A stretch of 60,944 nucleotides of DNA, counting the filler, from Dirinaria sp. TL-2023a (taxonomy: Eukaryota): NCBI GenBank assembly GCA_051941275.1. It is 4 parts of 4 records of this genome, joined end to end, with 100 filler letters (N's around TTAATTAATTAA, not from the genome) between each part and the next. Parts side by side here need not be neighbours in the genome. Positions count along the whole stretch, not along the records: positions 1 to 15,176 come from JAVEBF010000560.1; positions 15,277 to 30,449 come from JAVEBF010000561.1; 2 more parts are not named here. One strand, 5' to 3'. Shown here one piece after another: positions 11,909-22,757 of the stretch; the stretch's first letter is position 1, and every line of letters starts with the position of its first letter. The translations under genes and the position numbers were made by a program. The notes under the pieces are model-generated. The model had not been told where the DNA came from and searched no databases. It worked only from the letters and a program-made list of their open reading frames with translations.

Positions 11909-13348
11909 TCATTTCTTGGACATCTTACGCTTCAGCCTAAGCCAAGCGGTCTTAAAACGGAACCAGAAGAGTTGCCAACGGCTATGCACCGCCTTGCCAG
12001 CCGACGCTCCGGTGGCTCCACGACGTCGTTGCTTTGCAGCTCCTTGGATAGGTGGCGCATGGTAGGCTCGGCTGTTGGCTGCATCACACTCGGCCATAGG
12101 AGCAGCTTTCTCGCTGGCGGCGTTGCTCTTTGCCCGCTTACGCTCCTTGGCTTCCGATTTCCTGGTCTCACTTGCCTCACGCTTCTGGCGTTTGGCTTCC
12201 TCCTTTGCTTGAGCACGGGCTTCCGCCTCACGGTATTTGAGATCCTTGGCTCGCTCTTTTTCGTCAAATTGTTGGCGGAGATGAGCAACGGTCGCAGCTT
12301 GAGCGGCTGCTTCTGCTTGGGGGTCAGTAGCAGTGTTGGCGCGGCTTCGTTTGCGGAAGAGGGTGTCAAGCGACGATCGTCCGCTGGGTAGCATGGTGTC
12401 TGGTGGTTTGATGTCGCTGTGTTGCCGGAGTGAGGAGGGTGTACCAGGGAGATTGGTTTGGGATGAGCTTGTGAGTCGTGAGGATGAATGAGTGCGGATG
12501 TGTAATGGCGGTGGCATGCGACGTGATGAAGGAAGTGGGGCGTAAGCGGTAGGGTTCACTGTTTGATGGTGATATGAGTCCAGGTCCGGCGGTTCACTCG
12601 CTGCAGAAACCGGACCGTCGGTCAAGGCCTCGTTCACAGGTGAGGAGGTGTGATAGGCAGTTTCTATTGGTGGTGTATAGGGTCGTGGGGTTTGTCGAAA
12701 GGGATGGATATATTGAGCGCCGTGCCTGTGGGTGCTGGCAGTGGTGGTGGTTGACACTTGAGAGTTACTGCGGTGGTGATAGCCTCTTTTAACCGAAATG
12801 TCTGCGCTGGTCTTCACTTCACCTGTGAAGTCTGACGCGCCATATAAGCCTAGTCCGACGTTCTCGGCTGCCGACCTCGACAAATCGATTGAATTCGTGT
12901 CCGAGGAAAATTTGCGCAACAACGGCTTTATTTTGACCCGACTTTTCCCAACAACCGGAGGCGACGCCTGGTCCGAGTATACACTCGGCGGAGTCATCAA
13001 GTCTTGAAACTCGAAACTGGTGTCGAATGTCGATGACACCGGACTCTGTGATGCCGAAGCAGAAGTCCCGCGTTTGTGCAGTCTACCATGGCCTGCTGAT
13101 GACCGCGCAGCAGCCAAAGCTCCGTTGCTGGGCGATGACTTAATCTTCGCCAGCCTGGTACCTGCGCCCGCTGGGTTCGGTTTTGGCGTACTCTTGTACT
13201 TCCAAATACTCCCACCTTCCCCATATATGGTCGATGGTGGATACGCAGCGTCTGTTGACGCCGTCCATGCTCGATTGGCCGCAAGCGACGTTTGCGATGA
13301 TGCGCTGCTCCCCATGTATTGCGACGAGTCGTCAAACGGCCTCGCCAT
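11909..13348 (-). CDS. Hypothetical Ser/Pro-rich fungal protein with C-terminal coiled coil and amphipathic basic helix
   Basis: Single long ORF from ATG 13348, with motifs YIHPFRQTPRPYTPP and C-terminal WQLFWFRFKTAWLRLKRKM. Confidence 0.75.
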   Translation of the reverse strand: MARPFDDSSQYMGSSASSQTSLAANRAWTASTDAAYPPSTIYGEGGSIWKYKSTPKPNPAGAGTRLAKIKSSPSNGALAAARSSAGHGRLHKRGTSASASQSPVSSTFDTSFEFQDLMTPPSVYSDQASPPVVGKSRVKIKPLLRKFSSDTNSIDLSRSAAENVGLGLYGASDFTGEVKTSADISVKRGYHHRSNSQVSTTTTASTHRHGAQYIHPFRQTPRPYTPPIETAYHTSSPVNEALTDGPVSAASEPPDLDSYHHQTVNPTAYAPLPSSRRMPPPLHIRTHSSSRLTSSSQTNLPGTPSSLRQHSDIKPPDTMLPSGRSSLDTLFRKRSRANTATDPQAEAAAQAATVAHLRQQFDEKERAKDLKYREAEARAQAKEEAKRQKREASETRKSEAKERKRAKSNAASEKAAPMAECDAANSRAYHAPPIQGAAKQRRRGATGASAGKAVHSRWQLFWFRFKTAWLRLKRKMSKK

Positions 13349-15176
13349 TTCCTCGTGCTTCTTTCCCGCTTGCGTCAACGGTTGGTATTGGATCCAAGGG
13401 TCACTGTCGCCACGACGGGGTCATGGCTGCCGGCAAATTCTCGCGATCTTCATCAACAAACTGAAGAGGCAGGCCTGATGGAAAAGAGCGTGTGTGCTGC
13501 GAGCGAGGCGTATTCGTCAGCTAGATGCTCACCACTCAGACTTCAGACGTTGTTGGATCAACCCCCCACACGGTGACAGGCTGGATGAAACACGAACCCC
13601 TTTCCGGCAACGTGTGATCAGGCGGCTGAGCCGATTGACCTTCGGCCTTGCAACATTCAAACGACTGACCCACCACTGACTACTCTCCGCATCTACAAAA
13701 GGCTGACTCGACGACCCATGGGACGGCGTCGAGCTGGGCGTCGGGATACTCGACAACAAGGCTTCGGGATGGCAGCTTTGTTGATTTAATGCAGTCGGGA
13801 CTTTAGTCAGACTCGCGGGCGGCCGTGCAGCATGGCCCAGAACACCCTATCACTCGTAGCCCACCAATTATGGCGAATTTAGCCTGCACTCCAACTGCAG
13901 CCATTCGGCTAGGCCCAAGGTTCCCATACCAGTCGCGCAAGACAATATGGAGCTTTCTACGAAGTCAAGATACGCACCCATCACCTAGAACTTATGGGCT
14001 ATCCTGGTCTTTGCTTGGCTCTCTTATCTGTGTTTTTCACTGGACTGTAGTTCGCACTCAAATCCAGACGATGACTCTCGCTACGCGTGCATCGTCTTGG
14101 CTATGCGAAATGCTTTAATGTTGTCTGGTCCTGGTATTGCAAGGTATCATTTTGTTATTTACTTACTTTTTCTACGCAACAGTTACATTCCCCATCGTTG
14201 CAGGGGTATTACACTACGACTACTTTATGGCTTCAAGCTTGATGCTCTGGAGAACACACGCTTCCTAAATCCATCAATCTTGAAATGAAGACAGTCTAAG
14301 GTTGACGAGCACATAGAACTAAAACATCTATCAACAATGGCTCATCGGATTTCTGCAAGAAGAAATTTAGGAGGAAACGCAGGAGGCTGACAGCTGTGGA
14401 TCCGGAGACAACGATTACATTGGTATCGCTACCATTTGGATTCATGATCTATCCCGGGTTATTGCTCGAGACCGATGTCGTATTGTGCCAGGGTTCGGCA
14501 GCGGAATATTCCTCAAAAGAACTATTGGTTATACTACCTGAGTATCTGTCCACGGGGGAAAACAGCTTGCATCGGGAAGCCGCCAGTCGTCTGTTTAATC
14601 GCATTCTCCGGAGTTGCTAAAGTTATTCAGACCCCCAGATACCAAGGAATATCAGTCATGAAGTCTGCAAACAAGTTAGCTGTCGAGGTATATGATCGTC
14701 CTGCTCCGACGGTCAGAGTCCCACCAGACGTCGGCAACTTGTGACTGCAGTTGAATGCAGCGCCTCCTCCACAAGGAAAAGAAAGATCGCTGATATCTTC
14801 GCATCAGCGGTGCACTGCTATGGTTGTGCAATTCTCCCTGTGGTAACCGTTGGCCCCATCACAAACCGCGCGTATTTGTATAAAGTCAACTGTCTATGCT
14901 CAGAAACCCGTTCCACATTGTAAGCAGTCCAACATTTGAGTGCACTTCCGCTCAATTGCTGAAGTACTAACTTTAATCTCGTCACCTCAGCATATACTAT
15001 GATATCTAAGCCTCATGTCTATCTGATACGTTACCATACATTTACGAGAGTCGTCAAAGAATCAGGTCCTGGCGATCACGGAGAAAATACTGTCTTTCTA
15101 TCATATTTCTACCTCATTACTGATACTGACATTAATAACATACATACACCAACTAAGATCTCTCCTTCATTGTAAA

Positions 15177-15276
15177 NNNNNNNNNNNNNNNNNNNNNNNN
15201 NNNNNNNNNNNNNNNNNNNNTTAATTAATTAANNNNNNNNNNNNNNNNNNNNNNNNNNNNNNNNNNNNNNNNNNNN
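15177..15276. other. Artificial contig spacer (N44-TTAATTAATTAA-N44)
   Basis: 100-nt N linker carrying a core with stops in all six frames. Confidence 0.98.
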
Positions 15277-15994
15277 AAGAAGCACAAAAAATCCATGGAT
15301 TCTAAAAAAGCGAATGTGGGAAAAGTAGGTAAAGACAGAACTTAAAGGCAGCGAAATGGACCAGATCAAATCTCGGTGCTGTAAAATGCTTGTACAGGAT
15401 ACATAAAGACACCCAAGACCTACAGAGCTCGACTATATTTCAAGCAGATATTCAAAGAGAGAAATGAAAGGTAGCTCCTGCCATGGCATTGCATCGACAT
15501 ATGAGAGACATACTGTTGTAGCTTGATACTTCTGTTTCCCTACCTTAATCTACGGCCGCCTCCTGCTGTGTTCAGAAAATTGGTTCTCAGCACGGCAAAC
15601 TTTAGGCAAACAAATTCTCCGTTGCTGGATTCATCGTTGAGATTTGTAGACTCTGATTGCAAAGCCAGGACTATCTTTCCAAGATCAGAAACAATCGTCT
15701 GATGTCGTCTCAGCAATAGCATTTGCTGGCTTACATAAATCCTTGGCACGCGTCACCCACGAGAATCAAACGCGCTTGGCGTGTCGAAGCCGGTTTCTCT
15801 ATTCCAGCTCCAAACAAACCCTTCCCTCTCCTCTTCCTCCTCACCAAATCATCTCTCAACCTCCAATTCCAGTCTCCAGATCCCTCTCCCATCCTACACT
15901 GCTCCACAGGACCAATTCACTCCGGCCTCTGGGAACCCTCACCAAACCTTCAAGCTCTAAAATCATCACACACCCGGCCTAACTTCTTATCAAG

Positions 15995-16213
15995 ATGGGC
16001 CAATTCCATGTAAATCACAAGGTAAACCTTTAACTCCATCCCTCGGTCCCTCGCCAGCTCATGCCCATGTCCCTCCTTTCTCGAATTCAAGACATGGCTA
16101 ATACTCCCTTACAGATGCACCAATACACCGTGATCCCAAAAGTCCTCTACGTCCGGCGGTGGGGCAAACGCTTCAGCCTATCTTTTTGCGACGGGAGGGT
16201 TAGCTATAGCTAG
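15995..16213 (+). CDS. Candidate spliced 41-aa micro-protein (exons 15995-16021, 16115-16213)
   Basis: CAAGATGG start context, GTAAAC donor, GCTAAT branch point, TACAG acceptor, in-frame join giving MGQFHVNHK|MHQYTVIPKVLYVRRWGKRFSLSFCDGRVSYS; pyrimidine-rich upstream region. Confidence 0.4.
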
Positions 16214-16893
16214 AAGATCCCTACTTCCACATCTCCACAGCTAAGTTCGACATCAAGAGGGTCGGGAGATGATGGTCTGGCTACTTGATGAAGAAAAGGG
16301 GTTTTAGTAGGGTCATAAAGGGGGGCGGGTTGGTTTTCACATGAGAATGCAAGCATGGCGTTCCGGGAGGAGTTGCGCAAGATACCTTTATGCCATGCGT
16401 GGGCTGTCCTTTTTTTGAGCTTGGGTTTGCGTGGTTACCTTAGATCAATGACTAGCGATCGGATAGTCGCAATAGCAGTATCGTTCTTCATGCTGAATTA
16501 CCGGTCGTTGATCCCTTGATTGTTGTTGCAGTGATTGGCTTCTGAGTCCAAGAACAAGGATGAGAAAGACTATCTGGCCGCTTCCGTCATTCGTTTTTCT
16601 CAGCTAGAAGCAGAATAAGGACAATGTAACTATGAGATGATTCAGTGTTCCCGTACCAGTCCATTAGTATTATACGCTATCCCTCAAATACTATACCTTC
16701 CCATACTTCTTAGCCTGACCCGTTGTGCGAAGACATTGAAAATTTTCCTACACCGCCTTCCAGCCTAGTAGTTCGCGAAGCTTTGCCTTAATCCGGTCGG
16801 TATACTTGTTTTAACAAGCAGCTTCGATCCACAGAACAAGCACTCGCCCACCGCACTTTGCATGCTTGCCCAGTGTTCAAATATCGACTTCCG

Positions 16894-19594
16894 TCAGTCG
16901 AACTCCGGGGATTCCTGAGCGACCGAGGTGTATGCCGGTGAGTCCTGGTGCCCCCGAGCAGATTTCTCTTTATCCAAGGAGCTATTGGCGGCATCTTTCA
17001 CTGGTCCTGATGCCTTATCACACTCGATGTACACATGCTGGTCATCAGAGGTCTTCATAGACCACTTGTTGCGGTACTGCTCTTTGTTTAGCCCTCTTTC
17101 AAGGGCTCCATCGAGGCTCTTGCTGGGTGGCGAGTTCACAGCTAGGGTGAACATGTTCTGAAACTCGGTCATATCAGTTACGAACCTTCCTTTTATCGCT
17201 AGGTAGAAAAGACAGTAACAATTCAGAGCAAAAGTCGCAAACAGTATGACAAAGAATCCGAGCTGCCATAAGTGATCTCCATAGCCGGATTGGTACTCAT
17301 ACATCTGCAAGCAAGCATGAAAGCCCTGGTATACTGGCGTTGTTAAGCTCGGCGTAGAAAAGTTCCAATCGGTTGTGAGCTGGCTGTCGACTGCGCTGAG
17401 TAGAAGTGTAGTGCCTGCTAAAGCTGCCAGCGCTTCTGCAATCGACGGGATTGCGGGGTCCAGTGAAGCATTCTTCGGGATTAGATACGTAAGGGTTGAA
17501 GCCAAAGAAGCGTTGCCGTTATTGATGCCCTCGTTGAGGCCCAGAGCAAGAATCCAAGCAGTAGCAACGCTAGCCCAGTCCTTGGACGGGACGAAGCTTG
17601 GGGTATCCGGTGCGTCTTTGCAGTTGGAAGACAGGTCGCCTCCAGTCATACTAGCTCGATAGTGTGTCGAGCAGTTCCCGATTAGTGAAGCCCGGAAGGA
17701 ACACATCATGTAAGAAGAATCTAGAGAAGTTGCAAGAATGTATACAGAGTCCGTAAATGCCGCAGAATGGTTCACAACAGTGTTACTCCCCGCCGGTACT
17801 TTGGGAAATATTGGGGTGCTTCGATTATAGTACTCTCCCAAGCCGAAGATGTCGTCAACCGCTGTGCGATTTCCCCACCGCTCATGCAGTGCCTTGTCCG
17901 TTTTATTTGGCCAATTCGAAGATGTAATAAGCGATTCATTGCGCCCCGGCCAAAGAGAATAGACCAAAGGTTTTAACTCATCGTGCAGCATGCTAGCACA
18001 GAGTACATTAATAGCCGGCGACGGTATTTCCGCTTTGAGAGTGAACTGTCCCATTCCCTAGAAAGCGCTTCAGCTGGGCTCATCACAACACACCATGATT
18101 TCCATACACTAAGATCCGACGGCTGAAGTATTCTGTTTTTGGCATCTTGGGAGGCGGCTACAATACCAGAATGTGGGAAGGCCAGAGTCACGTTATTGAT
18201 GATGCGGCCGTGTTGCCTTGATACTTTTACCATGTCATGACCAGCTATCCAGCTGCCGTTTACTGTGGTGTTATCATACAGAATTGCCGGCACACTTGGT
18301 CTTTGCTCTATAAGAGAAGGTTGTACTTTCTTTGTGGTCATATTCTTCCAATTCGACATGAATTGGATGAAGTTGTGGTTGCTTTCTGCGAGTCAGTGGA
18401 TAGGAATTGAATCTGACACTAATCGAAAACGTACGCTTGACCAGAAAATTGAATGTCCATGCAATCGGTTTGATTCTGTGGTCCTGTAAATACTGTCGGG
18501 CAGTTGGATTCCATGTACGGATAATTGGCAAACGAACTCCTGACAGCGCCATGCAAGACAGGCGTCTTCCAAGGGCCAGCACGATTCTTGGGGAGGACTA
18601 GCGAAAGTTAGTAGTCTGACTGCATCGGTAGGAATAATTTTAAAGCGCGTCTGAAGCAGCATGTATTGGATGTTTGAAAGGGGGATTTACCAAGCGCATC
18701 GGACGATGATGTGTACAGCATCGTTGACCAAGCAGCAAAAAAAGCTACCAAGCCGAGCTTTGACAACAGAACGCATCGAACGCCTGTCGGATGTGTTACC
18801 ATAGATCCGGGCTGCAAAACCCACGTTCTCATTGACATCTCAGCGATACTGACTCCTTTGTACGTCCTGGAGCTCGCTCTTCGACTTAACTCCTGCCCCA
18901 GAAATGCAAGGAATGTGGTTACGAACGACAGTTCTATACTTTTAGCAAGCAATGCAAAGACCGTAGGTGCACTGGATGGAGTCAAGAAGCCAGTTGAAGA
19001 AATATAGTGGCCCCATCCGGGTTTGCTTACAGCTATTGCAGACCAGAGACCGGACATCACGGTGGAGTAGATTGCGGCCGTGATCAAGAGTAGACGGGGC
19101 CATTTATTGTGACTTTGCAGGATCGTATTTGCGGTGCTGCAACGCAAAGTTGTATCAACTGGGGCTGCAGAGTCTTTATCCCGCATTAAGTTCTTGTCGT
19201 CGAAAATCTTGAGAGTGGAATCCATTGATAGTCTCGAAGTATGCTTCAATGGCCATGTTGTGGGACGGTATTTCTGTGATGGAAGCATTCCACTTTTAGT
19301 TTGTTTGGGGTCCTGCTTCCGAAGGCAATGTTCGTAGCACCAGTCGTCATAGTGAGCTTCATCAGAAGTATCTGGTGGGGATCCGGTAAAGACACCTAGG
19401 GGGTTCGGTGCCAATAGCCCAGATAGATTGCTACTGCTTTGTGTTGCGGAGCTGAGAATTGGTGTAGAACCAGGCTCTTGACCAGAGTTCCGAGGGACAG
19501 ACGAATCCACGACAGTATCTGCTGACCCATGGGAATGGTCAGAGTGGACAGAAAGTGATTGATGCAGCGTGTGCCTGTGGTATGTTTCCTCCAT
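16894..19594 (-). CDS. Fungal multi-pass membrane glycoprotein of unknown function, 4 exons
   Basis: TM segments (AKSIELSFVTTFLAFLGQELSRRA; WQLGFFVILFATFALNCYCLFYL) and many N-x-S/T sites. Three GT-AG introns join the ORFs in frame (DAL|VLPKN, SGQ|ASNHN, SDLS|GMGQF). Confidence 0.8.
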
Positions 19595-21059
19595 GTCTGC
19601 AATCAATTTCTTATCAAAAAGCAGTATGTTCGAAGGCTCGAAGAGAAATATCAACGATTTGGTAACCCTCCAATTGAGTCTGTTTCCCAGTTGGAAAGGC
19701 GGACGCGTTCGGCAGCATTTATGTTTAGAGGCTATGCACGAAGGAGATTTTCAGCGGGAGGAAGCGTTTATTTACGAAGCAAAGCCGGCTTCGAGAGACA
19801 CGGCAACTACATCCAAGTCTTCTGCGAGTCATATGATGGGGAAATGTCTCAACCAAACCTATCAGAGCTCACCTGTTCCGAGATCTGCAGGGATCCGAAC
19901 TCCGTTTCTGCAATGCGTGTTTGCTCGACTTAGGCCCGTGATACAGCCTACGATGAGCTCTTCTGGCCGATCAGCACGGCTTGTCAGCTGCTGCGTCAGG
20001 GGCGATTTGTGTCTCTTCTGGTCTCAGCTATAAGCTTCCTCATGTTCATTAGTCGACGGCCTAAGCTAGTAGCTCTAGCGGTTGATTGCAGTATTCCAGA
20101 CTTGAGCAGGCTTCGATGCAGGCTCCCGGAAAGCCTAGCGAGCATTACATTGTGTTTCGCATTTCGCGGGTGCCGTCCTGCTCGCAATCTCCATGCTCCA
20201 GCTCTTCGCTCCAGTATTCGGAGAAAGCTGGAAGACTTTTGTTTCTCCTAAAAAGGTAGGCTATATACCACAAGATCATAGTGCATCCTTGTTGTGAAAC
20301 TAGACCGTTACCCATAAAATGGGCATTTCCGATGAATATTTAGGAAATGACCAATCAGAATTCTCTTACCGCCAAGATTTCAAGACACAGGAGTTAAATG
20401 GATCAGTCTAGACAGACAGCGGAGTCTGATGACATCGTTGTTCTTCATATTTGCATCATCTACTTGCCATCAATTTGTCACTTGTTTGATGTCATCACAA
20501 AGCTCTCATCTTCCCTGCTCATTGGCAAACATGAAGTGGTATCTTTCTGCAGTTCCATAATAGGCTCCATGTCTCACTGATGCTTCGGCAATTGATTTTG
20601 CTTTCCGGTCAATTTGATTCATCTTGTCACTAATTGTTTATCTAACTCTCGGGTCGTACTCACAATCACAATCTCCAGCCTCATACCTTTTCGTCTCTTG
20701 ATGGTCGAGTGTCTGCTGCTAGCTGGTGCAGGATGCGTAAGGGCCACTGAGATAGTTGTAAGCACTCTCATCCATCGACTGACGTTCTTCTGTCAACAAC
20801 ATGTGATCAGTGTCAACTTGGCAAATCACCACTAGCATCCCGATCCAGTTCGCCAAAGCAACATCCAATTTCACCGACATCCTAAAACACCCTTGTGCCG
20901 TCGCATCAGTGGCCTCGTTGTTGACGAACTAAATTCTGATGTGGCAAAGAATCAGAGTTCACGGTTTCACGTGTTCCCGTATTGGCGATCTTCGTGCCCT
21001 TACGACTTGCAACTCTATTACGGACACAACTTACAGTATCACATTCCCAGTCTCACGTC

Positions 21060-22328
21060 ATGCAGAATCACAGTCCAGCAAATATCAGGCGAGCAGAGGG
21101 CTCCTCTCCTCTGTCTAGCCTAGTCAGCTGCGACGTTAAAGAATCCGAGCTGAGTATCGTTAAGAATACGAATAAGATTCTTATCGGCGGCACATCATGC
21201 AATATCTCTTCCAGCGAACTCAGTTATAGAAGCGTCGGGGCCGGCTTATTGCAGGCCATGATCAGGCGACATTCCCCTACTCGAAAGAGTCGACGAAATG
21301 AGCGTCCATACGGCGATACACGCAGCACGCGATTTCTAAATGCGGTCGACAAGAAGTTTGATGGGCAAGATTCCGAAGAGAGCGATTCTAGCCCCATCTG
21401 TGGCCGCGGCGGTGTAGCTGCGAGCGTACAAGGACGTGCTGACAGCCAGACAGTCCATCGTCAGCCTTCTGATGCTATTAGCAATAGCACCTTATATAGC
21501 AAGAAGCGAAAACGGGTCGAGGACGAAAAGCGAGACGTCAAATTGTACCATAACGAGGGTAAACGTCGTAACATTGCCCCAAGAGTTCTATACGAAGCAG
21601 AACGTCAGGCAGTTGAGATCCTGCAATACAAACCCTGGCTAAAAGCAGGCCAAAGGTTTCCAGACCCTCGTACTAGATCACCAAGCGGCAGCTTTGTTCA
21701 TTCGTCTTCACCATCATCCCAAATGTCGCAAATAGCGGCAGATATGATGTCTGTCAAGGATCGCAAGCGCTTCTTCATTTACACGCCGACTGAAGAAATG
21801 AAGAAGGCGATGCAGGCCCATGTATCGAAGATTCACAGAATTTTCTCTCCCACGCGCAAAATCGGCGACTGCATGCTCCATCCCAACCCGGGTGGTCTCC
21901 TAAAGAGCGGTAATTATAACCAAGTTATCTCTTGTCGCTACAAATGGAGAGATACTGAAGGGATTCACGCAATCAGTGTGAATTTCGGTTTGGTCGCTCT
22001 CATTGTCAATTCCCACCTTACAGCAGCTCAGAAAGAAGGATACATTGGACATGCATGGCATCTAAGCCACCTCTGCGGCAACTGGATCTGCTGCAACTGG
22101 CGTCATCACACTGTCGAGCCGGGACCTGTAAATATCGGTCGCAACGCCTGCTTCATCTCTCCAGAGCAGTGTACTCACAAACCAACTTGCATGAAGGACA
22201 AAAAGCAACTGCTGTCTCTTCCTAGCACACCTGCTGGCCCGAGTAGCCGGCTGATTGCAGTTGGTGCAGAGGCCGACTTGACCATGCGTATTCAAGACGG
22301 GCAGGAGGATGATGAGGAGCCAGAGTGA
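21060..22328 (+). CDS. His-Cys box (His-Me finger, zinc-binding loop of homing endonuclease) domain protein
   Basis: SHLCGNWICCNWRHHTVEPGPVNIGRNACFISPEQCTHKPTC (22065-22190) has the I-PpoI motif spacing. N-terminal half is low complexity with an NLS-like SKKRKR. Confidence 0.85.
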   Translation: MQNHSPANIRRAEGSSPLSSLVSCDVKESELSIVKNTNKILIGGTSCNISSSELSYRSVGAGLLQAMIRRHSPTRKSRRNERPYGDTRSTRFLNAVDKKFDGQDSEESDSSPICGRGGVAASVQGRADSQTVHRQPSDAISNSTLYSKKRKRVEDEKRDVKLYHNEGKRRNIAPRVLYEAERQAVEILQYKPWLKAGQRFPDPRTRSPSGSFVHSSSPSSQMSQIAADMMSVKDRKRFFIYTPTEEMKKAMQAHVSKIHRIFSPTRKIGDCMLHPNPGGLLKSGNYNQVISCRYKWRDTEGIHAISVNFGLVALIVNSHLTAAQKEGYIGHAWHLSHLCGNWICCNWRHHTVEPGPVNIGRNACFISPEQCTHKPTCMKDKKQLLSLPSTPAGPSSRLIAVGAEADLTMRIQDGQEDDEEPE

Positions 22329-22757
22329 TCCCAGAGCGACAGTACCTTCGGTCCAAACACTGATAGCGAGGATGTGGAGTTGAGACATTTATCGAGTGAA
22401 GAAGACGCGGACGCAGAATATTCAACTATGAATGAGGATGAAGAAAGAGTACTGTTTTGTCCCCTTTCCAATCGCTATGCGTAATAAAGCGTTGAATGTG
22501 AAGACCAACGACTCCTCTTAAGGGATTCCCCTAAATTTCTAGCATTTCAAGCGTTGATACATTGGTTGAGAAAAATTTTACCGATTTGCACCTTTTTTCA
22601 CTGCACACATTACTCACAAGAGCCACTCATTCGAAATGCCAGAGCGTCAAGCCATGGATTTTGCTTTTTCAGGATCAGCGACCTGCTTTCATATCCATGT
22701 ACCAATAGAAAAGTTGAGTGTTAGTCTCCGTTCAAATCGATGACTTCAACAAGTGAT

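Noticed and set aside
13500..15176. Short ORFs in the long intergenic end of contig 1
   Set aside because: No recognisable domain, tRNA or repeat structure.
15221..15232. TTAATTAATTAA as a biological element (PacI site or TTAA target duplication)
   Set aside because: It is embedded symmetrically in Ns and identical at all three gaps, so it is a synthetic linker.
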